From contig NEEC01000008.1 of NCBI GenBank assembly GCA_002189035.1, positions 3,162,001 to 3,226,000 of the forward strand: 64,000 nt of DNA, in the 5' to 3' direction. Both the position numbers and the translations under genes were made by a program. The notes under the pieces were generated by a model. The model saw only the letters and a list, made by a program, of their open reading frames with translations, made no database searches and was not told the origin of the DNA. Source of the stretch: Utricularia gibba (taxonomy: Eukaryota; Plantae; Magnoliophyta). Shown here in pieces: positions 39,067 to 51,132 of this stretch. The first letter of the stretch is position 1. Each line of letters begins with the position of its first letter.

Positions 39067-39969
39067 TCAGTAGAACATGTGCTTGAATTCTCCATTAGCT
39101 AGTTTACAAATGCTATTGTAGCTCGCCATGTCTGCAGGTACACAAGGGGTGAGAAGAGAGCCCATAGTTTGCTTATAAAAATATAAACAAAGGTGAGGGG
39201 TTATTGAACGATGATAGCAAGTTTAGTACATAACGCGAGATGCCCACCCAATGAAACAGCTAGCGAACTACGATTTGCACACGTTCATGAGTGCTTGAAG
39301 CAGTTACATACTGGAAATCAAGTCATAAGAATGAACTCTATGATACTGGTGGATTTTGATATTGTTAAAATGGCAAGCAAAAACAAATCTTTCGACAAGA
39401 GTAGGTATTGGAACATCATTGGCAATCGAAACTGATAATATGAACTGATAGAGCAATGGTGAATCAAAAAGCCATAACCACATTCACAGTCTTATGAATC
39501 TTAAGTTCAAAATAGCAAATGCAAACACATCTATAGGCATTCCATCAAGAAATCCACATAAAAAGAGTGCTTAATAGTAAACCAACAGAATGAACTGCAA
39601 GGATTGTTGAATCAAGAAGCGATAAACGCATTTCAGAAAAAAGTAAAGGTACTAACATACAAAGCAAAAAACAACATCAACGGGGTGACAATGCAATGAT
39701 TTGATTACCTAGGTCATCTCCAAAATTAGTCCAAAACTCAGCCTCAATCGATTGGTTACTGTCAGCAACTCCGACGACTTCTACAAAAGTAGTAAGTGGA
39801 GCAGGTGGACGCCCTTTGATAACCAATTGTTTATCGTCCGTAGATTTCCCGATGACCGAGCCGCTCCATCGGATCTGATTACCTGAATTGCGGCTCTCAC
39901 TCTCCGACCTACGTGCATCCTCAGCAAATCTGCATTCACAAGCACCGCGGGATTCGAAGTATCCAACAT
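39067..39969 (-). pseudogene. RPA3: Replication protein A 14-kDa subunit (RPA3), frameshifted in exon 1 as sequenced
   Basis: MLDTSNPAVLVNADLLRMHVGRRVRAAIQVIRSDG is in one frame. GSVIGKSTDDKQLVIKG...EVVGVADSNQSIEAEFWTNFGDDL is in another frame (2 extra nt at 39863-39864). Exon 2 (39131-39067) is intact: DMASYNSICKLANGEFKHMFY*. Confidence 0.85.
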
Positions 39970-40290
39970 TTTTTTTCCGAGAAGTTCGGCTGATCAGAGA
40001 AACAGACCGCAGCAGAAGAAGAAAAACAATGGCGGCAATATTCCCGCGCTAAATCATATCCTCTTTAGAACAACTTGAGTTGGGCTTTTTTGGGCTGGAG
40101 CATGGACCTACATGAGTAACTGAAACCGGGCGAGGCTCATTTAGAATCCGGGTCAGATAGACAACAATAGGTCTAGAAGCCCAGTACAGTTCATATATGA
40201 AGAGGAGGCCCGACACCGCTTCGTCGCCTCGGCTAGGGTTTCTTCTTTTTACAAGCGAAGCCGTCCATCCTCTCAGTCGCCGCCGGAACC
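39970..40290. promoter_or_regulatory. Divergent RPA3/RPS14 promoter with E2F site, site II motifs and telo-box
   Basis: ATTCCCGC (E2F WTTSSCSS) at 40040-40047; TGGGCT motifs at about 40080-40095; TAGGGTTT at 40234-40241. Confidence 0.7.
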
Positions 40291-41565
40291 ATGGTATGTA
40301 CGGTCGTAGCTGAACTAGTTGCTGACGATCCGCTTATTTTTGCTCTGCAGGCTTTTTTTTTCTTATCTGAATGTTGTGCGGATTCCTACCATGACGAACC
40401 TTTGATTCGTGCTGTTTTTTTTCTTTGAATGCTCTTTATATAAGGTCTCGAATTCACTTGAGAACTAGAGTTATATGTGTTTTAAAGCCCTTTGCTGCTC
40501 TTGATGAGATATGGAACTCCAGATTATCTTTGAAATTTATACGTTGTTACCTTGTTCTATCCTTTAGTTTGTTTGTCTGCTTCATTTTTTAGTCTAAGAG
40601 AAGAACCAGAGAGCCCAAAGAAGACAATGTCACCCTTGGACCTGCTACCAGGGACGGAGAATTGGTGTTTGGAGTGGCTCATATTTTTGCATCTTTCAAC
40701 GACACTTTCATCGTCAGTAATTTATTAACTGTATTCTCTTTAGACTGTTTGCAGCTCCGATTGAAACTCACCCAGTTCCTGCTGATTTATAATTATTTTG
40801 CAGCATGTGACCGATATATCTGGAAGGGAAACCATGGTTCGGATCACTGGTATGTTTTCGATCTTTTACTCGTGTGCGATGCTGTTCGTTAACCCAATAT
40901 TTTTTTACCACACTCCCGATAAACTGGTAACTCTTGCATCCGTGTGTGATGCATTATTTCTGGGGCAGACGATGAATCCCTTTTACGAAATGGGTAACTT
41001 GCATCTGAAACATCTTGATGCGTTATCACCTTGGAGAACTGATGCCCTTTTTCCTTTCTGCAAGATACTTTTTCATTTCTTACCCTGTGCGTTGTATGAT
41101 TGGTGATGTCCTTTTCCTAAATATATGTATCTCTGTGTTACACTGCATCCCAGGCGGTATGAAGGTGAAGGCTGACAGGGATGAGTCATCACCATATGCA
41201 GCTATGCTTGCAGCTCAAGATGTTGCCCAGAGATGCAAGGTAATGCAATGTGTGTCCCACTTGGGTGAGGTTTCTATTCATCACTAAGACAAAACACACA
41301 GGAATTGGGAATCAATGCGTTGCATATCAAGCTCCGTGCGACTGGTGGCAACAAAACTAAAACTCCCGGCCCAGGAGCTCAGTCTGCACTCAGAGCCCTT
41401 GCCCGCTCTGGCATGAAAATTGGTCGCATAGGTACTGCGTCTTTTACATTCCCTGGCTCAAAGCCTTCTGCTCAACAATCTCCTTTGCTTGTTTCAGAGG
41501 ATGTCACGCCTATTCCAACTGACAGCACCAGGAGAAAGGGTGGCAGAAGAGGTAGGAGGCTTTGA
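40291..41565 (+). CDS. RPS14: 40S ribosomal protein S14 (uS11), 6 coding exons
   Basis: ATG-only first exon at 40291, then [92 protein letters not shown]. Confidence 0.98.
40963..41047 (+). ncRNA. Intronic box C/D snoRNA, dual-guide snoR15-like (U16-type D' guide and U55-type D guide)
   Basis: Terminal stem GGGCA/TGCCC; C box ACGATGA 40969-40975; D' CTGA 41005-41008; C'-like TTGATGC 41015-41021; D CTGA 41039-41042. Guide TCACCTTGGAGA is complementary to 25S UCUCCAAGGUGA; guide TGGGTAACTTGC is nearly complementary to 18S GCAAAUUACCCA. rRNA targets are from recall. Confidence 0.85.
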
Positions 41566-41987
41566 GCTCACAATCTGCTCCTCAACACAATCTGTTTTGG
41601 TTTCACTTGTCATCTTCTGGATTCTGCAAGCCTTTCATTTTGGACCTTTCCATTATGTGAGAGACTGCTTCTAAACAGTTTCAACTGCAAACTACGTAAT
41701 CAGTTTCTATTCAGAGCCACGTCTAGAAACAACAATTTGACTGAAAGAAAATACAATTTTAGAAGTTCAATATTCATGGAAGGTGTTATTAAGAAAAAAA
41801 AAAGTGATATGGCTTGCTGATTATCTTGTGCGGGTTTTTGTGCAAGGCCGTAAGGTTAACCATAAAGCATCACAGCGGAACTTGGCATATCAACTATTAT
41901 CGAAGGGAAAGTAGTAAATTTTTTCAATAATGAAGAATTAAAAGGAAAATGGTTAGATCATATATTATAAAAATAATAATAACATAC

Positions 41988-42067
<80 letters not shown>
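41988..42067 (-). tRNA. trnL-UAG: tRNA-Leu (anticodon UAG), 80 nt, no intron
   Basis: GACAGTTTGGCCGAGTGGTCTAAGGCGCCAGATTTAGGCTCTGGTCCGAAAGGGCGTGGGTTCAAATCCCACAGCTGTCA: cloverleaf with long variable arm, A and B boxes, and a downstream T5 terminator. Confidence 0.98.
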
Positions 42068-42337
42068 ACAAGTGGGATTACATCAGTTAACAATTTTAAT
42101 TATTCTTAAACCTTAGAATCTAAAAAGATTGACTTTCACTGTTTATATAAACGTGTACATGTTTGACCTTGCGTAATAGCAGATGCATTGGTAGGGATAC
42201 ACACAGCAGAAGTAATCAAAAAAACGATGAAACACGTAGAGCAGCAAACAGACCCCCATAAACGTTACTAGCTCCAAAACACCCTGAGACTAGCCATTGC
42301 TTCGTGTATAAAAGCAAGCAAGCAACCACAGTCATGA

Positions 42338-43864
42338 CTAGCTCTCCATTGTATCATGCTCTTCATCACTTAGATCAAGATCTGCGAGCAGCTCCTCCAA
42401 TGGAACGGAAGGAACATCGTCCACATCACTACCAGACGCCACCTCTGTTGGCTGATACTCTGTATTCGAATACAGGGAAAGACCAAATCGTAGATCCGGG
42501 TTTTCCTCCAAGTCTCTGCAGAACTGCTCGTACTCTGAGTTCATCTTCTCGTCACCATCTTTACCTTTTGCAGAACTGTCGACTTCCATGGGCAGTGACT
42601 TCAGCTTCCAAGAGCGAGGCTTGCCATGCCTCTTTTGGCGCTTCTCCTCATAGCTCTTTTTAATCAATATTACATCAGGGAGAAAACGGCCCTTGTAGTT
42701 GTCCATTTCAATATCATTGCTATTGGCACCATATAAATCATAACCAAGAGCATAATCCCCAGGATTCAGAAGATGCCCCAGATGTGTCCTCACATCAAAT
42801 TTTATGTCATTCCTCCCAAAATCCGATACACGAGCTACCTGGGCATCAGCAAGACGGTACCTCAGACCACCAATGCTTACTTCAGATGAAACTGGTTCCA
42901 CATCCAAAACTATGTATTCAACAAGCTGTCGGCTTGACAGCAATGGCTTAAATGAGAATCTCCAGTACTGATCAGCATCTAAGTAGCTCTGCCTAAGTGT
43001 AAATGGATCCAGCAAAGCAATATTGTTGGTCACTTTGCTACACACTACAAGTGGACCGAGGTTCCCCAAAGCAGTGGAAACTCTGTTGGGAAGGAAAATC
43101 AAATCTTCACGGCAGATAGGGCTGATTTCAACTGAAAATGTGTACTTGTAATTGAAATGGTTGCTCTTTGGATCATGAGACACTAGTTTCTTATCATCAC
43201 GGCTCCTTATAGGAGTTACCTTTCTCAAGAACTCAATAAACTTCACACCATGGCTCCGATTATTGAAAAAGAAGTCAATTCCCTCATCCATTTGCTTAAT
43301 CCTGATAGCATGCTTTGCAGCATCGTGCTTTAGAATAAGCTGCTCCAGGTAGAAGAAAGTGCGCCTGTGTGAAACATGCTGACGAAGTTGCACTGCTGCA
43401 ACCCATTGATCAGGATTAGCTTGGACCCTGGAACACGACTCACATAATTGATCTTTTACTATATATTCAACGATATAAACATCTTCAAGAACTACTTTGT
43501 AAACTTCTTTTTGTACCCAAAGCTTGACTTTAATCCTCTTGGAGTGAGGTTCAGTCCAAATGAATTTTGCATCAACCACACGAACCTTGCTCAAGTCCTT
43601 CAACCGCTTCACACAGAAGTCCAACAGCACATTTGACTCTAACTGAGCTTTGATCCATGTTCTCGGTGGTTGCAAATAGCTTTCACAATCTTGGCAATGG
43701 TAAATGGTAACTATCTTCTGAAGGCCGTCTGTTATGTTATGCTCAGATCTTAAGCAATTTACACACATATTTGCAGCATTCGGTTGCATCGTAATGCCAC
43801 ACTTGCAACATAAGACGGTGCCCATGGTTTGTGGCACATAAAACATACCCGTGCTTTGCTCCAT
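42338..43864 (-). CDS. NMD3: 60S ribosomal export protein NMD3, intronless CDS with probable 5'UTR intron
   Basis: VLCCKCG...PNAANMCVNCLRS, CQDCESYLQPP, FIWTEPHSKRIKVKL, WVAAVQLRQHVSHRRTFFYLEQLILKH, PICREDL; acidic C-terminus with DLEENPDLR. Confidence 0.97.
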   Translation of the reverse strand: MEQSTGMFYVPQTMGTVLCCKCGITMQPNAANMCVNCLRSEHNITDGLQKIVTIYHCQDCESYLQPPRTWIKAQLESNVLLDFCVKRLKDLSKVRVVDAKFIWTEPHSKRIKVKLWVQKEVYKVVLEDVYIVEYIVKDQLCESCSRVQANPDQWVAAVQLRQHVSHRRTFFYLEQLILKHDAAKHAIRIKQMDEGIDFFFNNRSHGVKFIEFLRKVTPIRSRDDKKLVSHDPKSNHFNYKYTFSVEISPICREDLIFLPNRVSTALGNLGPLVVCSKVTNNIALLDPFTLRQSYLDADQYWRFSFKPLLSSRQLVEYIVLDVEPVSSEVSIGGLRYRLADAQVARVSDFGRNDIKFDVRTHLGHLLNPGDYALGYDLYGANSNDIEMDNYKGRFLPDVILIKKSYEEKRQKRHGKPRSWKLKSLPMEVDSSAKGKDGDEKMNSEYEQFCRDLEENPDLRFGLSLYSNTEYQPTEVASGSDVDDVPSVPLEELLADLDLSDEEHDTMES

Positions 43865-45277
43865 TTCTTGGTCATAAAAAATCAACCAACGAATTAGGTA
43901 AGAAAATACATCAATATTTACATAGGGAGAAATTCATTCTATGAACCATGTACAAAAGATTATAATTTTCAGGCAAGAAAAACCTTAAACCCAATCAACT
44001 CAAAATTCCCAATTTTCACCCAACCAAAATGAAAGGAAGCTCAGCAAAAAAATAGTGACAGTTTTGATTAATAATACAAAAACCCAGACTGAACATGCAC
44101 AGAAAATCACGTAATAAAGGTTCATATTTCACAAACCAAATTCCAGGAAAGCGGCGGCAGCTTAACAAACAAAAACCCTGAAATTCCATCATCGGATTGT
44201 GTTAAAAACAAGATCAAAAACCCACTTGATTTCATTTTTACGAGAGAAAATCGAGGCTACTCACATAATTTTCCGGCCTTTCAAGATACTATTCTGTCGG
44301 AGACGGCGAGCAGCCGGCATAGAAGAAAGAAACCCTTGGGCCAAGCCCTTGGAGACACAGCTTTAAGGCCTGTCGATTGCTATTGGGCCCACTTAAAGTT
44401 GCACATGTACTACATTTGACAAGTATTTATTTTGTTTTCAAAAGATTGTATATAAAATTGCTAAGTTTTAAATACAATAAAGTAAATTTTGTTTGACATA
44501 ATTTCTTGAAAAATATTTATGAAAAAATAAAAATTTAAAATTTTTATTTATTATTTTTAAAAACGACTATAAATTTTTAATTTCAATAAAGTATAATTCC
44601 TCAATAAATTTCTGCTTTTTGGTTTTTTGTTATCCTACGTGTGCTAAATCGAATTGGGCTTTAAAATGGGCTGATCCTGAGCCTGGGCCTCTCGTTATCA
44701 TCCTATATCCAATTAGAAGTGAAACTGTCGATTGCAATTGACTAAACGAATAGTTAGATTATTTTCTTCTTCGTCGTGCGGTACAACTTCCGGTGAACTC
44801 TGGAGCACTGTGTTCTTGCCACCAGAAAGGGTAACCTTTTTTCTTGCTCCATTTTTTTTTTTAATTTCAGCCACAATCACAACTCTAGGTAGCTATTTTT
44901 ATCCTACTTCTCCATTTCGCTTTCGGATTCTCCACCTGTTTCTTTTATGCAATGGCAGGAATATCAACGTTTACAGTAGATTTTCAGCCGATCTGTTTTT
45001 GCTCTTACTGAAGGCGGATCCGTGCGCCGGGAGTAGTGGTTGCTGAAGTTTTCTGATTTTTCCTTCCCTTTTCTGGCGTATTGTGTTAAATCTGACTTGC
45101 ATTATGATCGCTTGTTGATTTTCTTCATCTTTGAAATCTGAAAAGCATCTGCATGACATCTGAAATATGTTATTGTTTGGAATGCGATTGTGCTGTTTAG
45201 CTTTTGTAGTGATGTGATCTGTAATTGTTTGGTCTTGAAGTTCCCTGTATGTTGATTCTGACCTTTTGTAGGCGACA

Positions 45278-48200
45278 ATGTCCACTAATCTTAATCAAAA
45301 TCGACTGGGAACCGGCGCAGTTCCGTGGAACCAGGATGCTGAGTCATTGTTCCGGTTGAAATCTATTTCAGAAATCAGAAATATAGAAGCAGCCACTAGG
45401 AAACAGATCCAGGATAAAAGTGAGGAGCTTCGTCAGCTGGTAGGAAGCTGCTACAGGGATCTGATTGACTCTGCTGATTCCATTATTCATATGGAGTCAA
45501 CCTGTAGATCCATCTCTAGTAATATATCTGGCATTCACCACGCGATTCTTTATTCTATATCATCACCTGAGGTTCCAAGGTCTCCACGGGTATCTTCTGA
45601 TTCAGTGGGAGCCCGAACTTATGGAATAGCTTGTCGGGTGAAGTATCTGGTTGACACTCCAGAAAATATATGGGGTTGTCTTGATGAATCAATGTTCTTT
45701 GAATCATCAGCCCGCTATATGCGTGCGAAATATGTACACCACAACTTGCTCAACTGCAAGAATAGCAAGAATGTTCTATCCAACTTCCCATTGCTGCAGC
45801 ATCAGTGGCAGATAGTGGAAAGCTTCAAGGTCCAGATCTCTCAGAGGAGTCAAGAAAGACTGCTAGACCACAGTAGTAATTTGGAGATCAGTGTATATGC
45901 AGATGCATTAGCTGCAGTTGCTGTAGTTGATGAACTTGAACCAAAACAAGTGCTCAACCTATTTCTAGATTCTCGAAAATCAATCATGTCTCAAAAGTTA
46001 AGCACCTGTTGTCGAGATGCAAATGCTGGTTCTGTGGACGTGATTTCTGTGTTCTGTGATGTCCTGAAGATAATTCAAGTGACTGTTTGTCAAGTGGGTG
46101 AGTTATTTTTGCAAATTTTAAATGATATGCCTTTATTTTATAAAACTGTTTTGGAGACACCTCCTGTTTCACAATTGTTTGGAGGCATACCAAATCCTGA
46201 AGATGAAATAAGACTGTGGACTTTATTCAAGGACAAGCTGGAATCGGATATGGTTTTATTAGATCGAGATTTTATTTCTAGGACTTGCTCTGAATGGCTG
46301 AAAAACTGTGGGAGGTATATCATGAGTGAGTTTCATGGAAGGTACTTGATAGATGTGCTTGGCAGTGGATATGAGCTGTCAATGGCTGAGAAGTCAATAA
46401 GGGACACCATGAACAATAAACAGGTATTAGAAGGCAGTTTAGAGTGGCTGAAAAGTGTGTTTGGATCTGAAATCGAATTACCATGGAAACGTGCACTTGA
46501 GCTTGTCTTGGGTGAAGACTCAGACATATGGAATGATGTCTTTGAGGAAGCCTTTGTTCAAAGGATGAAAACAATCGTGGATTCACAATTTAGCAAATTA
46601 AGTGGTGATGTTGATGTTTTGCAGTCTGTTCGATCAATAGTGAAGCCTCTCAGTGAGTCTACTGATTCTGAAGACTATTTTAAAAGATATCAAAATGCAG
46701 GTTCTGTGTGGTTCATGAATTCAGATAATAAAAAGTTTCTTTCTACTCCTGGATCAAAATTCCAGCAGCCAGTAGAAAATGATTTACAAAGCTGTTTCAG
46801 GTCTCACTTTGGTCCTGAAGTGAGCCATATTAAAGAAGCTGTGGATCAATGCTGCAAAAATGTTCTTGAGGATCTTCTTATTTTTCTTGATTCCACAAAT
46901 GCGCCAGTTAGGCTGAAACTTTTGATTCCGTTTGTGCAAAACAAATGCCACGGAACTTTATCAGGCATTTTAGCACACCTAAAGCTTGAGCTTGAAAGCT
47001 TATATGCGGACGTACAAAAAGAAAGTAAGGATGCTACCTTTGGACTCTCTCCTGCTGTTCTTGTTGAGAGATCAATATTCATTGGGCGCCTTATGTTTGC
47101 CTTTCAAAAGCATGCGAGGCATATTTTTGTCATCCTTGGACCACCAAGATCATGGGTGAGTGAAGATTTGGGTGCTGTGGGTAATCCATCGTCTTTTGGA
47201 TTCATGCAAGGGCAGCTGGCTACTGACTTACAAATTATCAATAGTCTGGGAAGGAAAGCTCCGGATTCCAGCGGGAAACGAACTTCTCTGTTGACTGCTG
47301 CACTCTTTGGAATGGATGATAATGCGGGTCAACAACTTGAAGAATTAAGACAGATCACACAAGAGCTTAGTCTTAAAGCCTATAATTTATGGATATTGTG
47401 TGTTTCTGGTGAACTGTCAAATATCTTCTCTAAAAACCTGAAAGACGATGATGCCTTGTCCTCAAGTTCTCCTGTTAGGGTAAGTTTGGAATGTAATTTT
47501 CTGATTTTGTGCTGTCATGGTATATCAATAATTTGCCTCATCCAAAAAGTATTTTTTAGGGAACGTAGTTAATGTTTTGCATTAGATCTTTCCTGTATGC
47601 TGGGAAAATATTGTGAGTAGAAGAGAAATATTTCCATGATTGCCAACAATTTCGGAATTGTGAAAAAATATTTTTTTATTTTTTATTGCAAAGCAGGGTT
47701 GGGAAGAGATTGTGTTGAAGCAGCAGGATCAGTCAAGTGAAGGCCAATCTGATATAAGGATTTCTCTTCCCTCTATGCCTTCTCTATATGTGACCTCATT
47801 TTTATTTTATGCATGTGGAGAAATCCATCGTGTTGGTGGCCATGTACTTGAAAAACAAGTTCTACAGAATTTTGCATCGATGCTTTTTGAGAAGGTAAAC
47901 TTTAGAGGATTGTAAGCAATGTTTCATGGATCCTGCATAATTCACATAGTGTTTTTAATAACTGGGATCTATAAGAAGGGTGATTTGGAGCTGCGTGGCG
48001 GTAGCAAACTCCCTCCTTCTGTGTAATGTTTTTAACATCAATATCATTGCACAGGTCTTGGGAATATATGAAGATTTTGTGTTAAACACCGAACCTGGTG
48101 GGTCTCCTATATCAGAGAAAGGTGCTCTGCAGATTTTATTCGATTTGAAGTTTGTGGCTGATATATTGTCCGTCGAGAATGCAAATAAAAATGCAAATGA

Positions 48201-49301
48201 AGAGTTGGCCGAAACCACAAAAACCAAATCTCCTTTCAGAAGGAAACAGAAGATAAAACGCTCTCAGACAATCACAGAGGAACGCATAAGCAAGTTGGTC
48301 AATTGTCTTTCAGAGAAACTTGATCCCATAGACTGGCTCACGTAAGTTCTGGAAAACTATTAGAGCTTGGCATGCAGCTATTTCTTTTTAACCATGGGTG
48401 GAGATCTGTATTACTGTTTACATGGAAAACTCCCAGAACTTTATTTTGTTTAGAAATATCCCAAGTGTGCAACTTGAACTTTAAGTTGCTTCTGTGGAAA
48501 GTTCAAGGCTGTTTGTACTCATCTAAAACGTGTAGCGATTAATAGTGGGACCATAAAAATGGTGGGAACAAGGCCTACATTTTGTATGATGGCTTCCATA
48601 TTTATATATTCATGCTTCTCATATCATTTTTTTATCAGGTATGAGCCTTATCTATGGGAGAATGAAAAGCAAGCGTATTTGAGGCATGCTGTCCTTTGTG
48701 GGTTCTTCGTGCAACTAAATAGGATTCATGTGAATATTGTGCAGAAGCTCCCCACAAACTCTGATTCCAATATCATGCGTTGCTCCAAGGTGCCTCGTTT
48801 CAAATATCTACCCATCAGGTCAGTGAAGCTCCCGCACTCACCGCATTGCATCCTGATACTTGTCATGTGTGTGACGTAACCGTCTAAAGCTTTATACCCA
48901 TGAACAGTGCCCCAGCCTTGTCAACTAGGAATGCTGTTGGGACCCCTGTGTCCTCGTCCGTGGATGATATTTACTCAAGAAACTCCTGGAGAAGCTTGAA
49001 AAACGATGAACTTTCTCGAAACAGCAACTTGAGTGATGACTCCAGCCTAGGTGTTGCTGCACCATTCCTCAAGTCCTTCATGCAGGCATGCATTTTACCC
49101 TGTGCTCTTATTCTCTTACTCACTTAGACACTTTCAAAATTCCCAGTGAAACGTTTTCAGGTTGGGAGCAGATTCGGAGAGAGCACCTTGAGGCTGGGTT
49201 CAATTCTAGCAGATGGGCAAGTTGGCAGATTTGGAGAGATCTTACCTTCTCAAGCTGCAGGGCTTCTATCTTCCCTCAAAGCCACACGATCCGATTCGTG
49301 A
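45278..49301 (+). CDS. COG1: Conserved oligomeric Golgi complex subunit 1 (Vps51-family N-terminus), 6 exons
   Basis: DAESLFR...[88 protein letters not shown]; ends KATRSDS*. Confidence 0.93.
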
Positions 49302-49856
49302 TCACCTATTCAGTTCTCATGGAGAGGATTCATTCCTGATCTATCTCTTTACAGACAGACACTGTTACAAGATTTTGGACCCTCAATAAGAACATCTACC
49401 TCCATCTCAGTGTAATTAGATGCTACTCGTTACTGTATATATATTCTTTTCTTTTTATTCTTCCACCTCTTGTGTCCGACCACGCTCCTATTCAACAGCA
49501 CTCTCCCCGAGGGCACCAGGTAAATTTAATTTTGTTTCTTCATAACTGAGTTGCAGCTTCGGAAAAAGGCTTTCAAGTTTTAACATGGAGTTGCTTTTGT
49601 GATTTCAGTATGCATTGGCGCATGATCGGAGGATGATGATCAGGACTTCCTGAATGCAACCTTTTACCCAACTCCAGGGGGAGCTGCATTTGTTAGACAA
49701 AAGGTCGATACTCGCAACATCCCTCGTTTACGATTACTTGAGATATGGATATGTTTCTATGTCACAGATAGAAGCTTTTGTGTAAGGTAAAATGTGCTCT
49801 ACAAAACCCTGCGCATCAGTTGTTGAGGTATCCGCCAACGGTCCATACATTGTTTG

Positions 49857-51132
49857 TTACTCTTGATCACACGCATTAAGAACACGCAGTTTACACCTGC
49901 TACACCTCTCAGCTTGATGCTGCTTATTGTGAATTGGGCTGCTGCAACTCGGAGCTGGGAATGATCTTGATACCAGCAGTGCAGATTTCCCTCTGTTCCT
50001 CTCAAGGCAATCGCTTCTTCTTTCAGCTTCATCATGTCTCTCCCTGTCGAAATCGCCGTGCCACGATTCTCCGATCGGATCGGAGACAAATATTGGGGCA
50101 CCGCGCCATTGGCACAGTGCGGTATCTTTCCTGTGTGTGTTGAGCTGAACTGAGAAAAGATCACTCTCCCCTGACTGTCGACATTGTTCGACACTGTCGG
50201 CTCCTTCGGCTTGCTTATTGGAATCCCTTCTTGCTCCAACGAAAGCTTCCAGCTGCCGCTTTAGCTTGAGAAAAGCTGAACTCTTCACCCCATGTTGATT
50301 CTTTGGCTCAACATGATTCTTTTGTTCCTCTTCTTCCATCACTCTCCTTGCCCTCCTCTCAAGCTCCAGCTCCGACCTGAGCTTCTCCATCTCTTCCCGG
50401 AGCTTCTGATTCGCAATCTCCGATTTGCGCCTTGACTTCCTTTCAGCCTCTAGCTCACTTGCTATGCATACCATAGCTGCTTCAACGCCCTGCTGCTCCT
50501 TCTTCTTCCAGTATCCTTGCTTGTTATCCCATTTTGCTTCTACAATCTGCTCTTGTGCAGTGAGATCATTGACCTGGAGACAAGCCTTGTCGATCTCGGC
50601 ACCGATGGCCGAGATTAGCGACATGGCAGATGATGAAGGAGGATTAGACTGGCCCAGAACATGGCTGACTATATTCACCAGCTCCTTTGCAGTCGTCAGT
50701 GCATCACAAATCTCTTTCAGGTGACTGCAGCCACATGATCTGCTCATAGCCACAGACAGGGAAGGAGACTCCATCTGCAAATGGATTTGCTAACAACATT
50801 CATAAGCACAGATAGGTGGGGGAGTGAATCTGGAAATGCAAAAGCATACTACCTCCATGGAGCTGTGGCTGGTAAGAGAATCATCAAGAGACAGCAGTTT
50901 CTCTGGTCCTGATCTACCCTGTTTCTAAAAGATAATAGCTTTTAGAGGAAAACTTGCTAAATAGGTTGTGAAGTGCTGAGATTCTGGAAAAAGGAAAGGT
51001 GATCAGAGAGAAGGCAGAGTTTGAGTGCACCTTTGAGACATTGTGATTGGATTGGAATGTCCACTCCTGGTTCATCTTCTCCATCTCAGAAGCAATCTTT
51101 CTTGCATCCCATCTTCTTTTCTCCAGATCCAT
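49857..51132 (-). CDS. Plant coiled-coil protein, At3g11590/At5g41620 (BLT-related) family, 3 exons
   Basis: Spliced model MDLEKRRWDARKIASEMEKMN / GRSGPEKLLSLDDSLTSHSSME / ...ALTTAKELVNIVSHV...SSSAMSLISAIGAEIDKA...ELEAERKSRRKSEIANQKL...ELERRARRVMEE...ESDLFSVQLN. Confidence 0.75.

Noticed and set aside
39875-39882. 8-nt GTAATCAG micro-intron that would repair the RPA3 frame
   Set aside because: Far below the spliceosomal minimum, and it would remove conserved codons.
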